Part shown: in pieces, positions 1 through 8,036 of the stretch
How positions within the stretch are numbered: position 1 is the stretch's first letter
How the letters are laid out: every line of letters starts with the position of its first letter
Assembly: GCA_964644695.1 (NCBI GenBank)
Contig: CAZXWN010000002.1
Span: 310,001-374,000 of the forward strand
DNA from: an uncultured bacterium
Lineage (GTDB): Bacteria > UBP4 > UBA4092
Length of the DNA stretch: 64,000 nucleotides
Reading direction: 5' to 3'
Program-made: the position numbers and the translations under genes
The notes under the pieces: model-generated
Databases searched by the model: none
The model's input: the letters and a program-made list of their open reading frames with translations, nothing else
What the model was told of the DNA's origin: nothing

Positions 1-696
1 TCCAAGAGGTGTATCAATCCTGTAAGGAGTTAACAGGTCCATGATAATGTTGTCGTCATTCCCTGTATAAAGGGTGATATCTTCTTCTCGGCCAGACATA
101 GCAACAGCGCGGACAACATCAAGTGTCTGATAACGATTAAAAGGAGCCATTTTAATCGCTACTACATTTTCGATTTCTGAGAATTGACGCCAGAATTCAT
201 AGGGGAGTATCCGCCCACCCACTGCTGGTTGGAGATAAAAACCAATTAAAGGCATAACATTGGATACTTCTTTGCAGTGCTGAATCAGTGTTGCATCGTC
301 GGCATTTTTTAATGCCGCCAGACTCAGAAGGACGACATCATAACCTAGCTCTTTAGCTATTTGAGCTTCTTTGACGGCTTGTTCAGTTTTGCCGCAGACA
401 CCCACAACTTTTATGATAGGTCGATTGTATTGATTCTCGAGTTCTTTTAATTCAATTGCTGCCAGTTCAAGTAAAGGTTGGAATAAACCATGTTTACTGT
501 CACGGATCTCAAACTGAGTTGTGTGAACTCCGACAGCAACACCACCCGCTCCGGCTGCTACATAATAACGATAAACAAGTTTCTGATATTCGATATCCCA
601 TTGACGGTTTGCATTCAGAGCCAATGGTGATGCTGGGATAGCTGTGCCTTCTCTGAGAAGAGTGAGTTTATCGGATGATGGCATGATAAATGACAT
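1..696 (-). CDS. Dihydrodipicolinate synthase-family (class I aldolase) protein, partial; 3' end runs off the window
   Basis: Not in the ORF track. Manual translation from ATG 696 (AGGAG RBS upstream) gives MSFIMPSSDKLTLLREGTAIPASPLAL...AGAGGVAVGVHTTQFEIR...VAIKMAPFNRYQT...YTGNDDNII, typical of this DHDPS-like subfamily. Confidence 0.85.
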   Translation of the reverse strand, partial: MSFIMPSSDKLTLLREGTAIPASPLALNANRQWDIEYQKLVYRYYVAAGAGGVAVGVHTTQFEIRDSKHGLFQPLLELAAIELKELENQYNRPIIKVVGVCGKTEQAVKEAQIAKELGYDVVLLSLAALKNADDATLIQHCKEVSNVMPLIGFYLQPAVGGRILPYEFWRQFSEIENVVAIKMAPFNRYQTLDVVRAVAMSGREEDITLYTGNDDNIIMDLLTPYRIDTPLG

Positions 697-708
697 TTAT
701 GTCTCCTG

Positions 709-1737
709 TTAATCTAAGAACTGACCATTAGTGACTTCAAAATGGGTAGGCTTGTCTAACAAATTTCCACCTTGATTGATCCAATCGGCCACCCATTGAA
801 TCATTTGTTCGGGTTTGATTTTTGGGAGACCGTATAATTCTATAGAGCGGGAAGCGTTGCTCAGGTAATATGCCCCATTGTCTTTTCCTGTGAAATGGAC
901 TTCCTTACCCAGGAGTTTCCCAAATTGTTCAGCAATATCCTTTATATGTAACAGTTCTGGCCCCGTGATGTTTAAAATTGTGGCTGGAGTTCCTGTATGT
1001 TCAAGGCCTAACAATGCACGATTACAAGCATCCCCCTGCCAAATAATATTGACATAACTGACACCCAAGTCGATTGGCTGGTTTGATATAATTTTTCGTG
1101 CGACATCAACGAGTACTCCATATCGGCAATCAATTGAATAATTCAGTCGATATAATTGTACTTTGGTCCCATGTTTTTCTGAATAATACTGGAAGATTCT
1201 TTCCCGTCCCAGACAGGAATTAGCATACTCTCCCACAGGTTCTGGAAAGTCAGATTCTTTGCTTCCACCCGATTCTGGTGTGGAAAGTGAGTAAACACAT
1301 CCCGTGGAGAATACCAGTAGATTACTCTTCTGATATCGTTCTGCAACGATGCCGGGTACAATAACATTCATCATCCATGTAAGGGGTTCAGAGCCCACAG
1401 AACCAAATTTTCTGCCTGCCATAAATATAACATTCTCAGCATCAGGAAGGGCCTGTACTTGTTGAGGGTCCATTAAATCGCAGCGGATCGTTTCAATGCC
1501 TGCATGATTTAGTTTCTCTCTGATTCCTGTTTCTGAAAAACGGGCAACCCCAATAATGCATTGGTGTGTCCCTGCTTCTTCCACGGCTCGTTTAGCCATC
1601 ATGGCTAAAGAAGGGCCCATCTTACCACCCACGCCAAGAATAAGGATGTCTCCCTTTAACCGTTTCATCATAGCAACGGTCTCAGGGTAAGGTTGAGACA
1701 AAGCGATATCTAACTCTTCTTCAGTACGAAAACTCAT
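709..1737 (-). CDS. NAD-dependent epimerase/dehydratase family protein
   Basis: Rossmann motif LGVGGKMG, MAGRKFG, FSTGCVY and YANSCLGRE. Confidence 0.88.
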   Translation of the reverse strand: MSFRTEEELDIALSQPYPETVAMMKRLKGDILILGVGGKMGPSLAMMAKRAVEEAGTHQCIIGVARFSETGIREKLNHAGIETIRCDLMDPQQVQALPDAENVIFMAGRKFGSVGSEPLTWMMNVIVPGIVAERYQKSNLLVFSTGCVYSLSTPESGGSKESDFPEPVGEYANSCLGRERIFQYYSEKHGTKVQLYRLNYSIDCRYGVLVDVARKIISNQPIDLGVSYVNIIWQGDACNRALLGLEHTGTPATILNITGPELLHIKDIAEQFGKLLGKEVHFTGKDNGAYYLSNASRSIELYGLPKIKPEQMIQWVADWINQGGNLLDKPTHFEVTNGQFLD

Positions 1738-3539
1738 GACTTTTTACCTTTTTGTAATTCGATGGCTTTTTTAGCTTTTTTCCAACCGGTCCAGATCATC
1801 ATCAATGCAAAGAAGATAATGAATCCGGCGACAAAAAGAATATGCTGTCGTCCGGCCCAGGTGTTTGGCAAAAGTAATAATAACAACAGGAATAAACCAA
1901 TAGGAAGCGATACCCAGCCAACGAACTGCAGTTGTTTGGGGTCATTGGCATGGCCCACTTCTTTTTCGAAATCAACAGGTGTATGCATTCTCTTATAGAA
2001 TACATCGATTTCCGTCTTATCTGTTTCCGTTGTATCTTTCCAGAAGAGCATGCTGAATAAATACCCCAGGATTCCCATGATGGTAATAATAAATACCGTT
2101 TTAGGGTAAGGCCACTCCGTAACAAATTTTATAACACGGGGGTCGATGGTATAACCCATAATCGTATCCTGGAAGGGCCATTTTTTCATGAATGCCATAA
2201 CAGAAATGGGGATAGAGAACGCCATGGAACTGATAGCGGCCCAACGGGGAGCTTTTCTTACAAAGAGCATCATAAACAGTGGGATTGTCGTTGGTGTTCC
2301 AAAGATACTTCCATATTGGAGCATCTTGTCGAACAAGCCTGTTCCTTGTTGTTTAGAAAAATATAGAGCGAAGGCGATATAAGCAAATCCAATAAAGAAA
2401 CTGGTAATCTGTCCTACAAGGAAGATTTCTTTTTCATCAGATTTGGGACGGATAAAAGGCTTATAAAAATCCTGGGTCATAATGGCGGCAAACTGATTCA
2501 GGCCGGGAGCCAGAGAACTCATTGTGGCTGAGAACATGGCAATGACCAACATCCCGGTTAACCCCACCGGTAAAAGTTTCATAGCCAAGATGGCATAAGA
2601 TGCTTCCGCTGAATTTTTAATGCCGATGAAATGAGAACTGTCCACTATGCCTGCCATTTTTAAGCGGGCTACCATTGGAGGAATGAACCATAAGGCGGCA
2701 CCAGCAAACATTAGAATACAGGCCAGGAATGCAGCCTTGCGGGCTTCTTTTCCATCTTTGCAGGCAAAGTATTTAGTTGCGGAGCCGGCAGAATTGTAGG
2801 CCATCAAAACAAAGACAAACATGGCCAATGCCCACGGAAAGGTAAACTGTGAATTGGGAGTGTGACGGTCAATCATGTTCAATAAATCGGGTAAATTCTG
2901 ACGGTGGATTTCCATAACTAATCCACTCCATCCACCAATCAATTGAAGGCTAAGCCAGGTGACCAGAATACTCATGGGAATCAGGATCAATGCCTGAAGG
3001 AAGTCGTTTGCCATAACGCTCCAACTTCCACCCAGTACGGAATAAATCATAACGACTAAGCCAATGATGATAATCAGGGTTTGAAGGTTATAGCCAAAGA
3101 CTGCAGAAGTAAACAATGCCGTGGACCATAAAGTAAGGCTGGCGGTCATAATGCCGGGAATCATACCTACCCAGACATAGAATTGCTGGGTAAAGGTATT
3201 AAACCTCTGCCGGATAATCTCAGGTCCAGTGGTGGCGCGCATTTGCCGAAATATAGGCGCCGTAACTAAGGCATTGATTAAGTAACCTGTGGCATTAGCT
3301 AAAAATATAATGGCGACACTAATACCGGAGGTGTAGGCTGCCCCAGCCGCACCTGTGAAAGACCATGCTGTAAATGAGGCCATGAAAACACTGGCACCCA
3401 CCATCCACCAGGTACCACGACAACCACTGCGGAAATAATCACTGAAATTACGATTGAAGCGCCGAAACAAGACCCCTGTTGCAATCATGAAAACAAAATA
3501 GAGCAGAATAACAATGTACTCAATGTAGGAAGTGTGCAT
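1734..3539 (-). CDS. Sodium:solute symporter (SSS) family transporter
   Basis: Polytopic membrane protein with SSS motifs DYFRSG, YSVLGGSWSVMANDFLQ and GMLVIAMFSATMSS; 4-bp overlap with the epimerase. Confidence 0.9.
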   Translation of the reverse strand: MHTSYIEYIVILLYFVFMIATGVLFRRFNRNFSDYFRSGCRGTWWMVGASVFMASFTAWSFTGAAGAAYTSGISVAIIFLANATGYLINALVTAPIFRQMRATTGPEIIRQRFNTFTQQFYVWVGMIPGIMTASLTLWSTALFTSAVFGYNLQTLIIIIGLVVMIYSVLGGSWSVMANDFLQALILIPMSILVTWLSLQLIGGWSGLVMEIHRQNLPDLLNMIDRHTPNSQFTFPWALAMFVFVLMAYNSAGSATKYFACKDGKEARKAAFLACILMFAGAALWFIPPMVARLKMAGIVDSSHFIGIKNSAEASYAILAMKLLPVGLTGMLVIAMFSATMSSLAPGLNQFAAIMTQDFYKPFIRPKSDEKEIFLVGQITSFFIGFAYIAFALYFSKQQGTGLFDKMLQYGSIFGTPTTIPLFMMLFVRKAPRWAAISSMAFSIPISVMAFMKKWPFQDTIMGYTIDPRVIKFVTEWPYPKTVFIITIMGILGYLFSMLFWKDTTETDKTEIDVFYKRMHTPVDFEKEVGHANDPKQLQFVGWVSLPIGLFLLLLLLLPNTWAGRQHILFVAGFIIFFALMMIWTGWKKAKKAIELQKGKKS

Positions 3540-3616
3540 AAACTAACTGTCCTTGAATATGGTTTTACTGGTCATGAAGATAATTGTGTTGTCTTTTAGA
3601 CTTCACTAAATTAACC

Positions 3617-6427
3617 TTATGACTCAGTTACTCCCGTGACAGCCAGTACTAAGAGGGCTGTTTCGGTATTCTCCGATTGAAATACCAATTCACTGATTCG
3701 TTTGGAGCTATGCGGTAAATAACAAATCCATTCATTCAATGCCGCTAATTGGCCGGACTGTGTCTTACCTGTCCAGGCTAACCGGGTATTTCTTGAACAG
3801 CGAATGTCACTAAACGCAAAAACATCCTTCCCGTAAATCAGGGGATGCAGGTATTCCGTCCCGTCACAATATCTAAACAATACACTTGCGACCTTACGAT
3901 TATCCCCAGCAGGGAAACTACAGGTCAGCAGAAAATGCCATTCCTGGCAATAAATACCATTTAATTTTAATATAACTTGCCCCGGATAGTCTCCTTTTGG
4001 ATTAAATTGACCTTCCAACATGATTGCTGCCGGGAGTCCATTCAGTTCTGAAATCCGAAAAAGGGTCTCACTCTCCAGGTCTGAAGAGCCATTAAAATGC
4101 CTTAAATCCAATTCAGGCCCTAATCCTACCCACTGATTTTGTTGTATTGTATCCTGTAAAGGTGTATTTACCAGTGGATCCAAATTTATATGAAATCCGG
4201 GCTGACTTTGGCGTAATACTGGTTTTTCAAACCATTGGTCGAGGAATAATTGCCGAGCATTATAGGGTAATTCCTGTGGTATTTCTCTTCTGCCGGACCA
4301 GGCATAATCAGCGGCCCATATATAAGCCCAGTATTGGTTCCAAGCCTTTTCGTTGCTTTCGACACTGAAAGTGAACCCAGCCCATGTGGTCTGGATGAAT
4401 CCAAGAGCTTTGTTTTGGATACAGGCGAGGGCCAGATTCCGAATGTTCCCGGGTTGGTCCCATGCCGCGCCGATGACAGGAAATCCTTCCTTTTTCAAAA
4501 TACCGATTGATGAATATTTTTCAGGTTCCACCGTAGCATAATGCCAATCCGTAGCAATGATATCCTTGGGTAATTTCTTCCGTCGATAAAGGGCTTCTTC
4601 CATAGACGGTGCATTGGTGGCATCGGGGGCCTCACCCCGCATAATATACATATCAAACCACATCATGATTTGAACTTGATGGGATTTAAACCAGTTGTAA
4701 AGGATTTCGATATCACCGAGGACTAATTCCGTGATTGATTTGCCAGTATCTTTGCTTCGCCAGGGAAATCGTCCCTCTGTGGTTACTTCATCGTGTCCAA
4801 TATGGAAATATCGTGGTTTAAAGAGGTCCAGGGCTTCTCGATAGACTTCAAAAATAAAGTCATAAGATTTTGGGTTTGTAGGATTATATGCATATGGATG
4901 CTCAGGATCTTCGGCCAAATCCAGATTATATCCATTACTGAAAATCCATTCTGAATGTCCCAGAGATTGAACCAGGGGGACTATTTCTACTTGATTATGT
5001 TGACAGGTCTGGATCACCTGTTGAGCGTCCTTTTTTGTCATGGCATACTCTGGATGCGCTAATTCTGGATGGCAGTCCCAGACCAGATATTCACACTCCC
5101 AGATGAGGGTATTTATTTTGTATCTGGCCAAAACATTTCTGACCATATGTGTTATTTCACTTGGATTATCCTTGCCTGTAAATAAATGAACCCCTCTGAA
5201 ATCCAATGAAGGCCAATCATTAATAACAACCCCTTTGTAGTAACATCGAACAAGATCGATCTTGTTCGATTGTGCCAGGGTGGTGATTCCATAGAAAAAA
5301 CCTTTTGGATGATTCGCTTTTAGTTTTACGGCAAGAGTGTCTGTTAATAAACTGTATCCTTCCTTATGATTTTGTATTTCAGGGAGTTGGATGGAGTTTA
5401 TTGATTGCTTATCCGTAATAACCATTGTCCAGGGTGGAAGCTCATTGTGCCCGCAGATGGGTAATGTTTTTCCGTAGTATTTACTCAACTCTTGATTAAG
5501 GAAATCCAAAGAGGACTTAATGTCTTTATTATCAGGATCTTTGACCCAAATTAGGGAATTATCTCCAATCGGGTAATCTTCTCCGGTAAATTTCCATTGT
5601 TTGGGTTCCGGAATAAAATACTGGGGATCATGTCGAGGAACTCTGGCTGTTGGAGTGTAGATAATTTCTTCATCTGATTCCCATGTTGGGTGGACAGTCA
5701 TATCCTGTTTTATGGATTGTGTAAACTGGATTGAAAGGCTATATCTAAAGGGTTGATTGCCAGGTAGGGGTGTTTCCGTCATTCCCAGCCAGAATACAGG
5801 TTTTCCTTCAACAGCCCACTGATTCTTTCGAAAATCAAAGAAGATGAGGTTGGGATTGAGAGATGATTCGATTGTTATTTCGCCCAGGCGGGAATCTGTC
5901 CTGATGGTTTGGAAACCTTTGGCAAAAGTAGATTCATTGACGGAGCTTCCTCTCGCATTTAATGGGAACTCTATCGAACTTCCCGAGCCGTCTGGGTATT
6001 GTACCTGGGCGTTTTTATTAAGAAATAGATATGGATTCAGACCTCCGACCAACCATTCCATTACAAAAGCGGGTCGGTTTTTGACCTGACCTTCCAATGT
6101 GATACGATAGGATGAGTTGGGCCTGAGTTGATATACTTCTTTTCCGGTAAAGGGGCTTTCGTTAACAGGGTTTGTATGATGGTGGATGATTAAATCATAT
6201 CCGCCATCCACAGTTAAAATCTCTGCATCTTCCAGTAAACCAGGCCGGTCTGGTACCCCATAAATTCGGCTTACCCAACCGGGATTCATTATCCATAATG
6301 AAGACCCCTGAAGGACCGGGATTCCCTTATAAAACAGTTCTACCCCACCATTTACCCGATAAGTAAACTGGAGGTCTCCACAATGTAGAATAATCTCTGT
6401 TTTATGTGCAGATTTATCTGTTGGCAT
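3617..6427 (-). CDS. Glycoside hydrolase family 20-like protein (beta-N-acetylhexosaminidase-like), no evident signal peptide
   Basis: GH20b-type EGYSL and DWPSLDFRGVHL, PLVQSLGH, catalytic HIGHDE motif. Confidence 0.85.
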   Translation of the reverse strand: MPTDKSAHKTEIILHCGDLQFTYRVNGGVELFYKGIPVLQGSSLWIMNPGWVSRIYGVPDRPGLLEDAEILTVDGGYDLIIHHHTNPVNESPFTGKEVYQLRPNSSYRITLEGQVKNRPAFVMEWLVGGLNPYLFLNKNAQVQYPDGSGSSIEFPLNARGSSVNESTFAKGFQTIRTDSRLGEITIESSLNPNLIFFDFRKNQWAVEGKPVFWLGMTETPLPGNQPFRYSLSIQFTQSIKQDMTVHPTWESDEEIIYTPTARVPRHDPQYFIPEPKQWKFTGEDYPIGDNSLIWVKDPDNKDIKSSLDFLNQELSKYYGKTLPICGHNELPPWTMVITDKQSINSIQLPEIQNHKEGYSLLTDTLAVKLKANHPKGFFYGITTLAQSNKIDLVRCYYKGVVINDWPSLDFRGVHLFTGKDNPSEITHMVRNVLARYKINTLIWECEYLVWDCHPELAHPEYAMTKKDAQQVIQTCQHNQVEIVPLVQSLGHSEWIFSNGYNLDLAEDPEHPYAYNPTNPKSYDFIFEVYREALDLFKPRYFHIGHDEVTTEGRFPWRSKDTGKSITELVLGDIEILYNWFKSHQVQIMMWFDMYIMRGEAPDATNAPSMEEALYRRKKLPKDIIATDWHYATVEPEKYSSIGILKKEGFPVIGAAWDQPGNIRNLALACIQNKALGFIQTTWAGFTFSVESNEKAWNQYWAYIWAADYAWSGRREIPQELPYNARQLFLDQWFEKPVLRQSQPGFHINLDPLVNTPLQDTIQQNQWVGLGPELDLRHFNGSSDLESETLFRISELNGLPAAIMLEGQFNPKGDYPGQVILKLNGIYCQEWHFLLTCSFPAGDNRKVASVLFRYCDGTEYLHPLIYGKDVFAFSDIRCSRNTRLAWTGKTQSGQLAALNEWICYLPHSSKRISELVFQSENTETALLVLAVTGVTES

Positions 6428-6446
6428 GATTCATTATTATATAAAG

Positions 6447-6480
6447 AAAAAGACCGTTCATTTGAATGAACGGTCTTTTT
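6447..6480. terminator. Intrinsic terminator-like hairpin after pilin gene 6500-7078
   Basis: AAAAAGACCGTTCATT-tg-AATGAACGGTCTTTTT, a perfect 16-bp stem including the A/T tracts. Confidence 0.8.
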
Positions 6481-6499
6481 ATGTCGTAATGTTTGAAGG

Positions 6500-7078
6500 T
6501 TATGGGCAGTGAACCCAGATATCACCTGTACTAACGGTACCATTAGATGGGTCGTAATTGTAACTTCCACCAATGAAACCCCAAGCTGTTGGAGGATTAT
6601 AAATGGGGCGGATTTCTTCTTCATTTTCTAGTACTTTGCGGGGTAAATAGTACCAGATGGAATGGTAAGTATCCGGACCATTGGACCAAATTAAACAGTT
6701 TTGAGGCAATTTACCCGAAGTTAGATTACCATCAGAATAGGTAATATACCAACCTTCACCACCAAAGGAAGTTCCACCAGCCCAACTTCCTCCCTTATAT
6801 TTAAACGGATCGCGGGGAATGCTGCTGACATAAGCAATCGGAGTGCTTAAACGAGCAAGATTCAAATTTCCCCAGTTACCCGCATTCCAAATAGGATAAC
6901 AATTCTCATCCACAAAATAGGACTCACAGCCGGCGTTAAGCGTGCGCAGTTCACTCTTTGCGCGGGAGACTTTTGCTCTTACTTGGGCAGCCAGGAAATT
7001 TGGGATAGCTATGGCGGCCAGGATGGCGATAATAGCGACAACGATCAATAACTCAATTAATGTAAACCCTTTTTTCAT
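6500..7078 (-). CDS. Prepilin-type N-terminal cleavage/methylation protein (GspG-like pilin), paralog P4
   Basis: MKKG|FTLIELLIVVAIIAILAAIAIPNF class III signal; C-terminal YDPSNGTVSTGDI. Confidence 0.92.
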   Translation of the reverse strand: MKKGFTLIELLIVVAIIAILAAIAIPNFLAAQVRAKVSRAKSELRTLNAGCESYFVDENCYPIWNAGNWGNLNLARLSTPIAYVSSIPRDPFKYKGGSWAGGTSFGGEGWYITYSDGNLTSGKLPQNCLIWSNGPDTYHSIWYYLPRKVLENEEEIRPIYNPPTAWGFIGGSYNYDPSNGTVSTGDIWVHCP

Positions 7079-7186
7079 AACCCTTCCTTTTCTTTCATAA
7101 GATTAAAAAAATAAACATTACAGGTAAATAATATAAAAAAATAACAGAACTATCAATTATCTTTTTATAATGGTCCATAAAATAAG

Positions 7187-7221
7187 AAAACTCCCTATCC
7201 AGTGAAGGTAAGGGAGTTTTT
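7187..7221. terminator. Intrinsic terminator-like hairpin after pilin P3
   Basis: AAAACTCCCT...AGGGAGTTTT inverted repeat. Confidence 0.7.
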
Positions 7222-7236
7222 GTTACTGAAATTTAG

Positions 7237-7806
7237 TTAGTTGCTGCTACCACCGGGTAAGAGTCTATAAATATAACCAGCAGATACTGTTCCGTTGGTT
7301 GGGTCATAAGTCCCAAAGCCTACACCATTGGTGCCTGAAACTGTTCTGTATGAGGGCCCAATGGAGATCAAAATGGCAGACCATTCACCCCAATACCAAG
7401 GATCCCAACCATAGTTCTTTAGATTGATTGGATTACCATATCGAGCTTGCCAGTTGTAATACCAATAATATGGATTATTAACATAGCTTGTGCCATCGCG
7501 CATTCCTGATTTGAAAGGATCAACCGGAATGGATGTCATGTAGCCAATAGGTGTGGTTAGTTGTTCGTAAACTTTTGCTTCCCGGGTCTGTTCATCGGGA
7601 TAGACTCCCAAGAATTCGTAAGGATAAGCATTATTATCGACATAATAACTTTCCATACCATTATTGATCATCCGTAACTCACCTTTGACTCGGGAGACTT
7701 TTGCACGGACTTGGGCCGCCAGGAAATTGGGAATGGCGATAGCGGCCAGAATAGCAATAATTGCGACAACAATTAACAATTCGATTAATGTAAAACCTTT
7801 TTTCAT
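7237..7806 (-). CDS. Prepilin-type protein, paralog P3
   Basis: MKKG|FTLIE signal and YDPTNGTVSAGYI. Start moved to ATG 7806 because the GGAGGTG RBS overlaps the track's GTG at 7818. Confidence 0.92.
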   Translation of the reverse strand: MKKGFTLIELLIVVAIIAILAAIAIPNFLAAQVRAKVSRVKGELRMINNGMESYYVDNNAYPYEFLGVYPDEQTREAKVYEQLTTPIGYMTSIPVDPFKSGMRDGTSYVNNPYYWYYNWQARYGNPINLKNYGWDPWYWGEWSAILISIGPSYRTVSGTNGVGFGTYDPTNGTVSAGYIYRLLPGGSSN

Positions 7807-7911
7807 GCGAAAATTCACCTCCAGTATTTAAAATAGTATTATTTGTGTATCAATAAGTTCTTCAATAATAATATTAGTTTATAAATAAGAAATCAAGCCA
7901 TAAAATAGTGC

Positions 7912-7924
7912 TAATACAGTATTA
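7912..7924. promoter_or_regulatory. Putative operator palindrome TAATAC-A-GTATTA upstream of pilin pair P3/P4
   Basis: Perfect dyad; a 12/13-identical copy lies at 15437-15449 upstream of the other pilin pair. Confidence 0.55.
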
Positions 7925-8036
7925 AAACAATAGTAATTATATAAAACTACATTCTTAAAGTATTATAATTGTATATAGACTGGATTTATATTTGAATAAA
8001 AAAGACCCTTGATGGGAGCTTCTTCTTTTGTATAGA

